Of a DNA stretch of 64,000 bases, positions 1-12,612 are shown piece by piece. How positions within the stretch are numbered: the stretch's first letter is position 1; every line of letters begins with the position of its first letter. The DNA comes from Callorhinchus milii (Eukaryota), in the NCBI RefSeq assembly GCF_018977255.1, contig NW_024704742.1, positions 135,348,001 through 135,412,000 of the forward strand, read 5' to 3'. Both the position numbers and the translations under genes were made by a program. The notes under the pieces were generated by a model that saw nothing but the letters and a program-made list of their open reading frames with translations, was not told where the DNA came from and did not search any database.

Positions 1-1762
1 GAGGTGGTCTGAAAGGTGGGACCTGAACCAATCAAGGACAGAACCTTGAATGTTGAGGTGGGAGGAGAGGTGATGGAGGAGGATTTAGTTGTCCACCATG
101 TCAAAGGCAGCGGAGAGGTCGAGGAGGACGAGGAGGCAGATGGCCAGGATGTCGTTTGTGACCTTGACTGTGAGCAGCACGGAAACCCGATTGGAGGGGC
201 TCATGAAGGGAGTGGGAGAAGAGGAAAGAAAGGAGCTGGGAGGCAACAGCTCTCTCAAGGATCTTGGACAGGAAAGGGAGGTTTGAGATGGGCCTGGATA
301 GCTGTGATGGGTCAAGGGAAGGTTTCTTCAAGGTGGGGGTGATAGTGGCTGTTTTGAGGGAAGTTGGAACAGTGCCAGATGACAGGGAGAGATTGATGAT
401 GTCTGCAAGTGGTGGGGCAAGGGTGGAGCTGGGATTTAAGGAGAGGGGTGGGGATGGAGTCCAGGGAGCAGGTGGTGGGCTTCATGGAGGATATGGTGGC
501 GAAGACAGAGGAGGGGGTGACAGGTTCAAAGGTGTGGAAAGAGGGATGGGTAGTTGTTGGAGTGTGGGTGGGGGTGTGTTAGGGAAGGGGTGGAAGTTGG
601 GAGGGCAGTGGCAGCTGAGCGGATTCCCTCGATTTTGAACTCGAGGAGGTCCAGCATTTTCTCGCAGTGAGAGTCAGAGGAAAGAATCTGCGAGGTGTGG
701 CGGGGAGGGCAGAGGAGCTGGTTGGTGGTGGAGAACAGGAACCTGGGGATGCCTTTCTCCTCCAGGATTAACCTGGAGTAGAAGGATGATTTGACAGAGG
801 CGAGAGCGGAACGATAGGTTTTGATGAGGTCCAGCCAGATGTGCCGGTGGACCGTTAGGCCGGATTTGAGCCAGGTGCATTCAGCAGCCCACATCTGGCC
901 TTTAAACGAGCGGAGGTAGCTGGTGAACCAGGGTGAGGATCGGGAATAGGAGAAAGTTCGGGAGGTGAGGGGGAAAAGGGCGTCGAGTGTGGTGGAGAGG
1001 GTGCTGTGGACAAGAGTAAGTGCAGCGAATGGGTTGCTGCGAGAGGTGGGCCAGAGGGGAGGGGTTGAGAGGACTCCAGGACAGTGGAGAGGGTTTGTTG
1101 GGAGATCTTCTTCCACGGGCGATAGAATATGGTGATAGGTTTGGAAGCAGTGGAAGAGGGATATGGGAGTTGAGGGAGATTAAATGGTGGTCAGAGATGA
1201 CCTTGTCAGTGATGGTGACATCCAAAATGCTGAGGCCCTGGGTGATCACCAGGTAGAGCGGGTGGCCTTGGTGTGGATAGCAGAGTGGATGTGATGGTAG
1301 AAGTTGAGAGAGGAGAGGAGAGAGGAGAAATCTGAGGAGGTGGAGCAGGAGGGGGTGAAGTGGAGGTTGAAGTCACTAGGATGATGAGGCAGTCGGAGCA
1401 GAGGCAGAGGGAAGCAAGGAGAGTGGAGATGTCAGAGATGAAGTGGGGGAGGATAAATTAGGAAGATTTTTAGAGAGAGAGGTGGGAGGGATGGCAGGTG
1501 TTCAAAAGAGGGGAATGAGCCGGTGGAGTAGGGGCACAGGGCAAGTAAAGCCCTGGATATGAGGGCCACCACCGCGATTGGGGCATGGGGCATGGTGATA
1601 GGTGTAGCCGGGTGGTGTGGCCTCAGTGAGAGGGAAAGTGTCATCTGGGGTGATCCAGGCTTCAGTGAGGGCGATAATGTCAATGTTCTCATTGAGGATG
1701 AGCTCATTGATGGCCAGGATCTTATTGCAGATGGAGCGGACGTTTTGAAGGCCAATACGAGC
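1..1762 (-). mobile_element. Degraded L2 LINE ORF2 fragment (endonuclease to start of RT), frameshifted; continues off the window start
   Basis: Minus-strand translations give [42 protein letters not shown] and [12 protein letters not shown], all homologous to the intact L2 at 4513-7734 but split over several frames. Confidence 0.93.
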
Positions 1763-1820
1763 AACAACAACAACAACAACAAGATTACATTTGTATAGCG
1801 CCTTTCACGTCGGGAGGCAG
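1762..1820 (-). mobile_element. Isolated L2 3' terminus with (TTG)n tail
   Basis: caacaacaac...aagattacatttgtatagcgcctttcacgtcgggagg is the reverse complement of the L2 3' stem-loop and tail. Confidence 0.8.
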
Positions 1821-3044
1821 TGGGATGGAAGGAAATGGATGGGCGAGGGATGGCTGGGCACAGGTTGCCTCATTTCACCGTGATGATGACACACGATGCC
1901 TTGCAATAAAGCGGGACTTGCAACCAAAAGAAACATTTATTTTGGTCGCGAATCACGTCCCTGCACGATGACTTATTGCGGAATCGAGAGTGATTTCCAT
2001 TTCTGTGGCCTCTCCTCCTCCGTCCTCATTGCACGCCAATTGCACAACTTTAACATCAGTCAGCGTCTCAGCGCCTCAAGTATGAGTGGCCCATTCTGCA
2101 GATTAGGAGGTTATTCATAGCTCGAGCTTGTTTTGAAGATCAAGGTATAATTATACCCCTATGGTTTTTCTCCATTACTCAACGAAGCAATCAATTATCA
2201 GTTGCAGAGGTAGCACCTCCAGCTACTTGTAAAGATCTCGACTTGAGAATAAACTGACATTTGGAACCTGTGTAATTGCAATAAAAATTGAGCAAAGAGG
2301 AGGTCTCTCTCTCTCTCTAACTTCCTCACTCCTCCCTCCCCAGTCTTTATCCTGCAGGCGTATTGGCCAAGACACTGGTAAAAAAACTCCCTTCTCTGAA
2401 CATCATCAGTAATTAGGCTTTCAGTCTATCTCCCCACACTAACTGGAACACCTTATAGAATAATCTTTGGATTTGATACAGCACCTTATCCCGTCTACAA
2501 GACGTCTCAAAGAGCTTCACAGATTATATTGTAAACTGAATTGACTGAATATTTGTGGGCGAAACACGGCAGCCAATTGCATACAGCAGTGTCCCATAAA
2601 CAGTCGTGGATTGAGTGACCAAATTATTACTTTTTTTAAATCAAGTGATGAGAGGGAGTGTGGGAGAGGAGGAGGGGTGGGAGAGAGGTAGAAGTGGTGG
2701 AAAAGAAGGAAATGGATGGCCGAGCGGTGACTGGGGACAAGTTGCCTCATTTTATGGTGATGATGATTTCCATCCCTATAACTCATCCATTGGTGGCCAT
2801 TTTTTCTTTAAGGAGCGCCTCATTCTAACATGGGGTGTGAGCAAATGGACCCAAACCATTACGTTATACCTTGGGGTGGGGTGTGTGGTGTGGGGGAATT
2901 GGCATCCAGGGATAGTCCCTGGATTAAGTATTGATGTCCCTGGGGTCAAATTTACCCCGTCTTGAGATCAACAATAAACTGAGCAAGAACAATAACATTC
3001 ATAAACGTAAACACTCATCAGGGAAATGCAGCCAATAATAATAA

Positions 3045-3380
3045 AAAATAATAATAATAATCCTTGCATTTGATACAGTGCCTTTTCATGTCATTGAGTC
3101 GTCCCAAAGCGCTTCACGGAATATATTGTAAAGTGGATTGACTGTGTATTTTGTGGGCGAAACATGGCAGCCAATTGTCCACAAACAATGTTGAGTGACA
3201 AATTTGTTTTTTTGGGGGGAGGGGGGAGAGATTATTATTCTTGGAGAGCGATCCGCCAATTGACTAACAACCGGGTTCCTACTTACAAGGTAAACAGAGG
3301 CGTGCGGAGTAAGGAAACTTGCCTAAGGTTTTACCCTGGCCGGGGATCGAACACGGGTCCTCTCGCTTGCAAGACGAGTT
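3045..3380 (-). mobile_element. tRNA-derived SINE, family B (L2-type tail)
   Basis: (TTA)n tail, shared 3' body, central ccttactccgcacgcctctgtttacc block and B-box-like gttcgatccc on minus. Confidence 0.85.
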
Positions 3381-4019
3381 CCCCATCCAACAAGCTTTTC
3401 CAGTAACTGCCAACATCAGGAATTGCGGTGCATTCAATTTATTTTCGGATGAATGTGTCCCCGGATTTGGTTAACAAAATATGGTCACTATGTTAGTGGC
3501 GGTGACCAACACCAAAATAAATATAAGCCACGCGCGGCAGGTAGTCTGACCCACGCACGCTAGTTTCACTTCCTCCACTCTGCACAGACCAGACACCAAG
3601 TGAGCTCAAAGTGTTTGACTTCTTGACGGTTCTGTTATTGTCACTGTTTCATCTTGCAACAAAGGGAGGGGTGGAGGAGGATTCTTGCGGCTGGTATTGG
3701 GGTTTCACTTCCAGTTCACCAGCAACGCAAATTCCAGAGTTTTAAAATAAACCCAGCATTAAAAATACAAAGCGTCTCATTAAGTGAGCTCACTGACAAT
3801 CCACAGGGAAGTGAGAATGCACACTGCCTGTTGACCACTGTTTGGCATCTCTATCTGGTGTCAGTCTGGCCTGGCTCTGTTGATTTGTGTTGGTTGTCAA
3901 GGGCTCTGTGTGAGAGACGCTATATAAATGCAAGTTATTGTGGTTACAGGGAATGGGAAGAGAGAGAGGCTGAGGTCAGCAGAGTCTCCTTGGAGCTGAA
4001 CTGGCATTAATGACATCAA

Positions 4020-4315
4020 TAATAATAATAATAATAATCCCTGCATTTGATATGGCGTCTTATCACGTCGTTGAGACGCCTCAAAGCGCTTCACATGATA
4101 TACTGTAAAGTGAAATGACTGCGTATTTTGTGGGCGAAACACGCCAGCCAATTGCGCACAGCAGTGTCCCACAAACAGTGGTGGTTTGGGTGACCAAACT
4201 CTGACGATTTTTTGAAGAGTTTATTACTCTCGGGAAAGCGATTCGCCAATCGACTGACAAGCGGGTTCCTACTTACTGTTAGGTAAACAGAGGGGTGTGC
4301 AGTTAAGGTTTCACC
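4020..4315 (-). mobile_element. tRNA-derived SINE, family B, head truncated
   Basis: Same tail and body as other copies; ends at aaggtttcaccc. Confidence 0.85.
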
Positions 4316-4456
4316 CCACCCTCTCTTCACTCTCTCGCATCACTCCCAACTCTTCACTCCCTTCTCTTCATTCACACCCTCTTTCCATTCACTCCCTCTC
4401 TTCATTCACTCGCTCTCTCCCTCTCTCTCCCCTGCCTCGTTCTTATTCCATCGTGT

Positions 4457-7400
4457 GTGTATATATATGTATATATACATATATATACACCCACCACTGG
4501 GTGTATATATATTCCCCACCACTCTCGCCAGCCACCCCGGACACAGACCCGGGGAGTCAACCTCTCCTCCCTCATCCCCATCTCCCCCACCCCTGCCTCA
4601 CAACCTGGACCCCCCTCCCCTCCCACACACCCTTCTGTCAACCGCTCCCTCCACATCGGACTGCAAAATGTCCGCTCCCTCTGCAACAAGGCCCTGGTCA
4701 TCAACGATCTCATCCTTGATGAGAACGTTGATATCATGGCCTTGACAGAAACGTGGCTCACCCCAGGCGACACCTTCCCCCTCACGGAGGCCACGCCACC
4801 CGGCTACACCTCCCACCACATCCCCCGCCCCAACCGCCGTGGCGGTGGTGTTGCCCTTATCTCAAGGACACCACTTGCCCTATCCCCCTACTCCTCTGGC
4901 TCTTTCCCCTCCTTCGAGCACCTCACCCTCTCCCACCCCTCATTCCTCTCCCTTAAAATCCTCCTCCTCTACCGGCCCCCTAAAACCTCTCCCACCTTCA
5001 TCTCTGACATTTCAACACTCCTCACATCTCTTTGCCTCTGCTCTGATCGCCTCATCATCCTGGGCGACTTTAACCTACACTTCACCCCCTCCTGCTCCAT
5101 CTCCACAGACTTCTCTTCCCTGCTCTCCTCACTCAACCTTTCCCTACACATAAACTCCCCCACTCACAGTCACGGCCACCCACTCGATTTGGTGATCACC
5201 CGGGGCCTCAGTGTCTCGGATGTCACTATTACCGACAAGGCCATCTCCGACCACTACTTCATCTCCTTCACCACCTCCACCCCCCTCCCCACCTCCACCA
5301 GACCCACCACCATCTTCTACCGCCCTTGGAAGAAGTTACCCCCACAATCCCTAACCGATGCCTTGGAGTCCTCTGAACTCCTCTCCCTCTGGCCTTCAAC
5401 CCTCACCGACCCCTCTTCTCCTCTCTCCCTCCTCCACAATATCCTCTCCTCCACACTCGATACTCTTGCCCCCATCACTTCCCGCACTGTCTCCTACTCC
5501 CGCTCCTCCCCCTGGTACACCACCCACCTCCGCTCACTGAAATGCCAGGTGCGGGCTGCTGAGCGCACCTTTGTCAAATCCGGCTTAACGGTCCACCGAC
5601 AAATCTGGCTGGACCTCCTCAAAATTTACCGCTCCACTCTAGCCTCGGCCAAGTCGTCCTTCTACTCCAGGATAATCCTGGAGGCGAAGAACAACCCCAG
5701 GCTACTGTTTTCCACCACATCCCGACTCCTCCGTCCCCCCCGCCACCCCGCGCAGGTCATCTCCTCCAACCTTCACTGCGAGGAGATGCTGGATTTCCTT
5801 GAATCCAAGATCAAGGGAATCCGCTCCGCGGTCACTTCCCCTCCAACTTCCACCCACCACCCACCCCTTCCCTCCCACACTCCGACTCCTACCCATCCTC
5901 CCCTACACACCTTCGTACCCGTTTCCCCACCCTCTGTCACTGAACTCATCCTATCCCTAAAACCAACCACCTGCTCCCTTGACCCCATCCCCACTCCACT
6001 CCTTATCTCCCAGCTCCATTTTCTTGCCCCACACATCACTGACATCATAAACCTGTCCCTCTCCTCTGGCTCTGTCCCCATTCCATTAAAAACTGCCATC
6101 ATCACGCCCACCCTGAAAAAACCCTCCCTTGATGCGTCGCAGCTATCAAGCTACCGGCCCATCTCCAACCTCCCCTTTCTCTCCAAGGTCTTGGAAAGAG
6201 TTGTCGCCTCCCAACTGCGCTCTTTCCTCTCCACCCATTCTCTTTTTGAACCCCTTCAGTCAGGTTTCCGTGCTGCTCATAGCACAGAAACTGCCCTGGT
6301 CAAGGTCACCAATGATATCCTGACCATCTGTGACCAGGGCTCCCTCTGTCTCCTCGTCCTCCTCGACCTATCGGCAGCATTCGATACGGTCGACCACGCT
6401 ATCCTACTCCACCGCTTGTCCTCCCACCTCAACCTTCAAGGCACTGTCCTTGAATGGTTTAGCTCTTACCTTTCCCACCGTCTTCACTTCGTCTCAACGA
6501 ATGGCTTCTCCTCCACCCCCCGTACTGTCTCATGTGGTGTCCCTCAGGGCTCTGTCCTCGGTCCCCTCCTCTTCACCCTCTATATGCTCCCCCTCGGTGA
6601 CATCATCCGCAAACATGGGGTTAACTTCCACATGTATGCGGATGACACCCAACTCTACCTTTCCTCCTCTACTCTCAACTCCACGACCACCGATGTCCTG
6701 ACAGCCTGCCTGTCCGACATCGAGTCCTGGACGAGAGACAACTTTCTTCAGCTCAACGTGCGAAAAACCGAGGCCCTCCTGATTGGCTCACGTCAGCGCC
6801 TCCGCACCTCAGGCGCTGACACCATCAGCATCCAAGGCTGCACTCTCCACCTCTCAAAGCCAGTCAGGAACCTCGGCGTTTTGTTCGACCCTGAGCTGTC
6901 CTTTCTCCCTCACATCCGCACCACAACTGGCACCGCCTTCCATCACCTCCGGAATATCGCCAGACTACGGCACTACCTCACCCCTCACGCTGCTGAAACC
7001 CTGGTTCACGCCTTTGTCACCTCAAGGCTGGACTATGGGAACTCTCTCCTCGCCGGCCTTCCCGCCACCTCCCTCCACAAGCTGCAGGTCATTCAGAACT
7101 CTGCAGCTCGTGTACTGTCCCGCACCAGGCTTCGGGACCACATCACTCCTACCCTCGCTCGCCTCCACTGGCTCCCCATCCCCCAGAGGATTGATTTCAA
7201 GATCCTCATCCTCACCTACAAGGCCATTCACGGCCTTGCTCCCTCCTACCTCTCCAACCTACTATCCCCCTACCTACCTGCCCGTACCCTCCGTTCCTCT
7301 GGCTCCGGTCTGCTCCACGTCCCCCGCCCCAACCGCCCTACTATCGGTGGTCGGGCCTTCAGCCTCTCAGCCCCGAGGCTCTGGAACTCCATCCCCCAGT

Positions 7401-7531
7401 GCCTTCGCCTTGCTTCCTCCCTTTCCTCCTTCAAGGCCGGTCTCAAAACCTTTCTCTTTGACCGTGCCTTCAGCTCCCCTCTCGACTCTCTTCCTCCTCC
7501 TCGCTCCCTCCCTTCCCTCCCCTCACCCTGA
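4457..7531 (+). CDS. L2 LINE ORF2: APE-type endonuclease plus reverse transcriptase (true start uncertain)
   Basis: EN motifs [44 protein letters not shown] motifs [48 protein letters not shown]2-type C-terminus LHWLP..RIDFK. No stops in 1024 codons. Confidence 0.95.
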   Translation: MYIYVYIHIYTPTTGCIYIPHHSRQPPRTQTRGVNLSSLIPISPTPASQPGPPSPPTHPSVNRSLHIGLQNVRSLCNKALVINDLILDENVDIMALTETWLTPGDTFPLTEATPPGYTSHHIPRPNRRGGGVALISRTPLALSPYSSGSFPSFEHLTLSHPSFLSLKILLLYRPPKTSPTFISDISTLLTSLCLCSDRLIILGDFNLHFTPSCSISTDFSSLLSSLNLSLHINSPTHSHGHPLDLVITRGLSVSDVTITDKAISDHYFISFTTSTPLPTSTRPTTIFYRPWKKLPPQSLTDALESSELLSLWPSTLTDPSSPLSLLHNILSSTLDTLAPITSRTVSYSRSSPWYTTHLRSLKCQVRAAERTFVKSGLTVHRQIWLDLLKIYRSTLASAKSSFYSRIILEAKNNPRLLFSTTSRLLRPPRHPAQVISSNLHCEEMLDFLESKIKGIRSAVTSPPTSTHHPPLPSHTPTPTHPPLHTFVPVSPPSVTELILSLKPTTCSLDPIPTPLLISQLHFLAPHITDIINLSLSSGSVPIPLKTAIITPTLKKPSLDASQLSSYRPISNLPFLSKVLERVVASQLRSFLSTHSLFEPLQSGFRAAHSTETALVKVTNDILTICDQGSLCLLVLLDLSAAFDTVDHAILLHRLSSHLNLQGTVLEWFSSYLSHRLHFVSTNGFSSTPRTVSCGVPQGSVLGPLLFTLYMLPLGDIIRKHGVNFHMYADDTQLYLSSSTLNSTTTDVLTACLSDIESWTRDNFLQLNVRKTEALLIGSRQRLRTSGADTISIQGCTLHLSKPVRNLGVLFDPELSFLPHIRTTTGTAFHHLRNIARLRHYLTPHAAETLVHAFVTSRLDYGNSLLAGLPATSLHKLQVIQNSAARVLSRTRLRDHITPTLARLHWLPIPQRIDFKILILTYKAIHGLAPSYLSNLLSPYLPARTLRSSGSGLLHVPRPNRPTIGGRAFSLSAPRLWNSIPQCLRLASSLSSFKAGLKTFLFDRAFSSPLDSLPPPRSLPSLPSP

Positions 7532-7734
7532 CCATTTCCCCCCTCCTCGCTCCCTCCCTTCCCTCCCTTCACCCTGACCATTTCCCCCCTCCTCTCTCCC
7601 TCCCTTCCCTCCCCTCCCCCTGACCATTTCCCCCCTGCTCGGGTCATGACCCAACTGTGCAGCGCCTTGGGACGTCCTCCTGACGTGAAAGGCGCTCTAT
7701 AAATGGAATCTTGTTGTTGTTGTTGTTGTTGTTG
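4513..7734 (+). mobile_element. Young L2-clade LINE, probably 5'-truncated just upstream of the endonuclease
   Basis: Uninterrupted EN+RT ORF, 3' UTR with 46-bp repeats, terminal stem-loop, (TTG)8 tail at 7711-7734, and tgtatatatat on both sides as a possible target-site duplication. Confidence 0.95.
7496..7633 (+). repeat. 46-bp pyrimidine-rich tandem repeat x3 in the L2 3' UTR
   Basis: ccctgaccatttcccc recurs at 7526, 7572 and 7618. Confidence 0.9.
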
Positions 7735-8176
7735 TATATATATATTTATAAATCTTCTATAATATTGAATCGGCAGCCGCAGCTGTGTCAGGATTCATGG
7801 GAAGAGTGTGTGTCATGAAGATTGGAAAACAACCTAAACCTTTTGCAGGTAAAGAGCCATGAGCAGGTCCTGGGAACACACCTGTGTCCAACACTCCTGA
7901 AGCGTGAACTGATGGTACGAATCATCTTTTTTTTTCATTTTTTTTAAAAACAAAACCCATTAATTCAAATGAATTAACAACCATTAATGAAGCAAAAGAA
8001 AAAAGAAAAAATAATCGACAGTGCCCGCCTGCTCTCGTGACGTGGGAATTCGTATCAAATACAATTTTTTTATTACAATTACCCAATGAAGCGCTCAGCG
8101 GTCCGCACTCAGCCATTTAAAGGTAGCTGGTGAATTACAATACTGTCCACTCTCTGTACATTTAATAATCGATACT

Positions 8177-8500
8177 AATAATAATCCTTGCATTTGATGT
8201 GGCGCCTTATCACGTCACTGAGCTGTCTCAAAACGCTTCGCAGGACATGTGGTAAAGCGAATTGACTGCGTATTTTGCGGGCGAAATGTGGCAGCCGATT
8301 ACACACAGCAGTTTCCCACCAACAGTCGTGGATTAAGTGACCACATTTTTTTTGGAGGGATTATTAAACTCCGGAAAGCGATCCACCAATCGATTGACAA
8401 CCGGGTTCCTCGTTGCTGCTCGGTAAACAGAGGCGTGTGCGGTAAGGAAACTTTCATAACGTTTCACCCTGCCCGGGAAACAAACCCAGGTTCTCTCGCT
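8177..8500 (-). mobile_element. tRNA-derived SINE, family B
   Basis: Tail, body and most of the head match other copies. Confidence 0.85.
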
Positions 8501-10094
8501 CGTAATGACAATGCAGAGCTTGCTCCCAGCACCACACTCGTGTCAGGGTAGACTATGAGTTCAAAGTCCCCTACGTGGGCTTCTGACCCTTCTGCAATTT
8601 TGGGTGACCTGAAAGTTTAAGACAAAAAGTACTTTTTTCCCCGCCAAGTCGAGGTTTATTAAGCGCTACAATTTAAGCGCTCCGAGATGCTGAAGGCCCC
8701 ACATGAAGGCCGCATTTAAATGTTGTTCATTGAGAAACAATCGACAGTATCTCAGTACTTCAGCTGCCGATTTACAAAGGGTTACTGGCCCCTTGAAAGG
8801 AATGAAGGGCAATAAACCTGTCGTCATTCGTGTCCTTAAAAATCCCCAACATTCCCCGTGCAAGTCTCGGAATCCGAACCATTTGGTCTGGGCTGCATTT
8901 TCTGCCAGTGAGGTTAATGAATGTGTTCCTCCAGCTCCAGATACGCATCTGAACTGCAGAATGAATCAGACAGGCACATGTTTTTTTAAGCAGAGATACA
9001 GACAAGGCTTTGGTAAGCCATAATTTCTGCTGAATACTGAATCACAGATGTGCCGAAACAGTGCCATTTGTACTAGTTCTGGCAACCTTCCCCACATCAG
9101 TCATCGATCAAATAATAATAATAATCCTTGCATTTAATATAGCGCCTGATCACGTTGTTGAGACGTCTCAAAGTGCTTCACAGAAATACTGTAAAGTGGA
9201 TTGACTGTATATTTTGTGGGCGTTTCAAAATTCATTTGCATTGCCAACAGTTACAGTTTACTGTCTCTGTGAAGCGCTTTGAGACAATTCTCCACATGAA
9301 GAGGCCTATATTAATAATAATTCTTGCATTACATGTAGTGCTTTATCATGTCTTTGAGACGTCTGAAAGGCGAGAGAGCTACCGACTGAGCCAGGCTGGC
9401 ACACAGACAATCGCAACAGGACCTTGCACTTATATTGTTTCGCTTGCAAAATACACTTCAATCCATTTTACAATATATTCTGTGAAGCGCTTTGAGATGT
9501 CTCGACGATGTGGCAAGGTGTTATATCAAATGCAAGGATTATTAGTCTAATGTTCTTATTATTAATACTCCGACGGCAGCAACCTGTTGCTCCTTTGCTA
9601 CTGTTGTATGTTGAATGTTCCTGTGTTTTGCCCAGCAATTCCCCACTGGTCTGAAGACCTGTAACACACCAGAGAATGTGCGAAAAATAACACTTTCACA
9701 ACACTATAAAAAGTCTACAGGAATTCTGTTTACCTTCCTTTAATATCCCTGTCAACCAGCCCCCTTCCTTCCCCAGATGTCTCCAAACACATTGTCAGAT
9801 CAGTGACTTAATGCAAACGTCTGTCCCATATATTTACAGTCATACAGGTGGACCATTAGAGATGTAATGAGAAAATTGATCCAATCAAATAATTGGAACA
9901 ATATAATAAAAGAAAGGTTACATCAAAGGAAAGATTTATTGTCGAACGTAAAACACGTCTGAAATGTACGGAGCTGTGTGAAAATAACTCGTCAACTCTG
10001 CTTCCAATTTACTTTGAATTTCTCTTCCAGTCTCCTCACCTTGTATAGGGTGTCCCCTCCACCAGGATGCGGGAACTCTGTGTCCTCTCCCACA

Positions 10095-10495
10095 CATAAG
10101 AACATAAGAAATGCTAGACGATAAAAGACCAAGGTCCATCTAGTTTGCCGTCCACCTTCCTGGATGTGGTTGCATGTGACACACGCAGCTCTGTACACCC
10201 ACCCGGGGTTTGATTCCCGGGCCGGGCAAAACCTTAGGCAAGTTTTCTTACTCCACACGTCTCTGTTTACCAGCAGTAAGTAGGAACCCGGTTGTTAGTC
10301 GATTGTTGGATCGCTTTCCATGTCGGTGTTTATATTCCACATGAGTCTCCACCCATTCCCTGCTCCCTCCCAACTCCCTTCTATTCCCCTCTCCCTCATG
10401 CGAAGGTCTAGCTTCCCCTTGAATGCTTCTACGCTATGTGATTCAACCACTGCTTCAGGCAGCGAGTTCCACAATCAAGTTTAAGTTGCTGCGTA
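10095..10495 (-). mobile_element. CR1-type 3' end fragments, interrupted by a family B SINE piece (about 10195-10320, +)
   Basis: cataagaacataagaa terminal repeat and gcttccccttgaatgc...ggcagcgagttccaca are typical reverse complements of CR1 3' ends. Confidence 0.55.
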
Positions 10496-11107
10496 AAATC
10501 CAGTATCAATTCACCAAACGTTTTTTCTGCAGTTCTTAAGAGGAAACAGAGTTCACTTCTGGAGTTGGAGGAATCAAGCCAGCCCTTTGTGACGGTCTCT
10601 AGTCTAGTCCCTGAGCCAGGCAGGTCCGCAGTATTCCAGGGCACTGCTGATGACAGCACAGTCCAGCCAGGCTCGTCAGCAGGACCTGGAAGGGTAGACC
10701 ACTACATTGGGAGCAGGAAATCTTCCCACGCAGTTTCTGCTATCCTTGCAAGCCAAAGACCTAATCGTCAGGAGTTCCTATCAGAACAAGCAGCGGGAAA
10801 GCTTGCCAGACAATGCTATCAGGGGCAAGCTACGCGGTTTTTAGCTGGTTAGATTCCAGCAGATACCCTAAGCCACACTCTGGGGTCCCCTAGCTTTGTA
10901 CTCACTAGAATTGGGTAAGCAGTAAAGCATCCTTTCATGGAGATAGAGTGCATGTTCCATTCTAATACTCAGGAATTCGTATGACTCAGTGGGTGCATGG
11001 AACTTTCAGGCTGGTCTGGAGACTCTTAAGCACGGTGATGGGTTTGTAAATCTGTCACAAACTCCAAAATCATGCTCAATATTCCAGACTTTTTTTTATC
11101 TGCTAGA

Positions 11108-11453
11108 TAATAATAATCCTTGCATTTGATTTAATGCTTTATCACATCTTCGAGACGTCTCAAAGTGCTTCACAGAATATACTGTAAAGTGAATTGACTG
11201 TATATTGTGGGCGAAACGCAGCAGCCAATTGCGCATTAACAGTCATGGATTGTAGTGATCAAATTTTTTAAAGGGATTATTACCCCTAGAAAAGCGATCC
11301 GCCATTCGCCTAACAACCAGGTTCCTACTTACTGCTCGGTAAACAGAGACTTGTGGAGTAAGGAAACTTGCCCAACATTTCGCCCTGCCTGGGAATCGAA
11401 CCGAGGTGTCTCGCTTGTGATGTAAGTGCTCTAAGTACTGAGTTACAGGACTC
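11108..11453 (-). mobile_element. Full-length tRNA-derived SINE, family B
   Basis: On minus: gagtcctgtaactcagt...agagcact (A box), ggttcgattccc (B box), central block, L2-like tail, (TTA)n. Confidence 0.9.
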
Positions 11454-12364
11454 CACATGTGGATGTGGCACATTTAGAAGGACTGGTATAAAGAGAAGTG
11501 AGTTCTGAAATGCTGCCACCCTCAAACACACAGTAAATGTCTGAGGGAAATTAGATAGCACACGTCAACAGCATGTTAACAGCATGTCAACAGCATAGAA
11601 ACAGGCCATTCATTGACCCAACTAGTCCATGCCAAACTCTGGGATACCATAAAATCATCGAAAGTCATAGAAATTTACAACACAGAAGGGCTCATTTGGG
11701 CCCAAACCTTAAATAGTTAGGTTGGTCCTAGCTGGGCAAGCAGTGAGACATCTGCTTTCAGCTCTTATAGCAAGCGGTCCTTTTCAATCCCATCGTCCCA
11801 CCTCATCCCAACACCCTTCAAACCTCTAACCTTCATATACATGTCTTCTTCTCTCTTGATTCCCCAATAATAGACTTTGCAGGTGTCAGCTGAGACTCTG
11901 AGCTCAAAGAACCCATGTGGGGGCTTGAATCCACAACCTTCTGACTCAGAGTCAAGAGCGTGACCGACCGAGCCAGGCTGACACTTTACACAAAAAATAG
12001 TCTTTTTACCTCTTTCTGAAAAGATAAATGTTTTTGGTCCGCACGTGTGATAGGTAGAGAAATCTCACATGGGTCTAGATTTATTCAATTAATTTAGCTT
12101 TTTCATTGTCCAGAATTTGGCCGATTAATCAATGTCTTACTTCAAGTCAGTTTTCTGTATTTTCTTCTTCCAGCATTAGCAGGAGCAGATCAGGAAGAAT
12201 CCCTACCCCCAGAAATGAAAGTTCTGCCCTCATTCAGATGAGACAGATGATGTCCCATCTGCCTGTTCAGGTGTTAAAGACCCCTTTGCACTGTTCGAAA
12301 AGAGAGTGGACTTCCTCCTTGTGTCCTGACCAACAATAAAGTAAAATTGGTCATTCACTTAGAA

Positions 12365-12612
12365 TCAACAACAACAACAACAACAAGATTCCATTTATAG
12401 AGCGCCTTTCGTCCCAAGGCACTGGACAGTTGGGTCAGGACCTGAGCAGGGGGGAAATGGTCAGGGTGAGGGGAGGGAAGGGAGGGAGCGAGGAGGGGGT
12501 AGAGAGTCGAGAGGGGAGCTGAAGGCACAGTCAAAGAGAAAGGTCTTGAAACCGGCCTTGAAGGAGGAAAGGGAGGAGGCGGCGAAGGCACTGGGGGATA
12601 GAGTTCCAGGGG
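12365..12612 (-). mobile_element. L2 3' end (young family), one copy of the 46-bp unit
   Basis: Near-identical to 7380-7734; encodes SSFKAGFKTFLFD...SLPSLPSP; (TTG)n tail. Confidence 0.92.

Noticed and set aside
3455..3492. Possible hAT (Blackjack-like) terminal repeat, catagtgaccatatttt...ccggggacac on minus
   Set aside because: Single short end with no partner TIR, target-site duplication or transposase.
6783..7577. 264-aa overlapping ORF in the L2
   Set aside because: S/P-rich alternate frame expected from the C-rich, stop-poor composition; no ATG start or recognisable domain.
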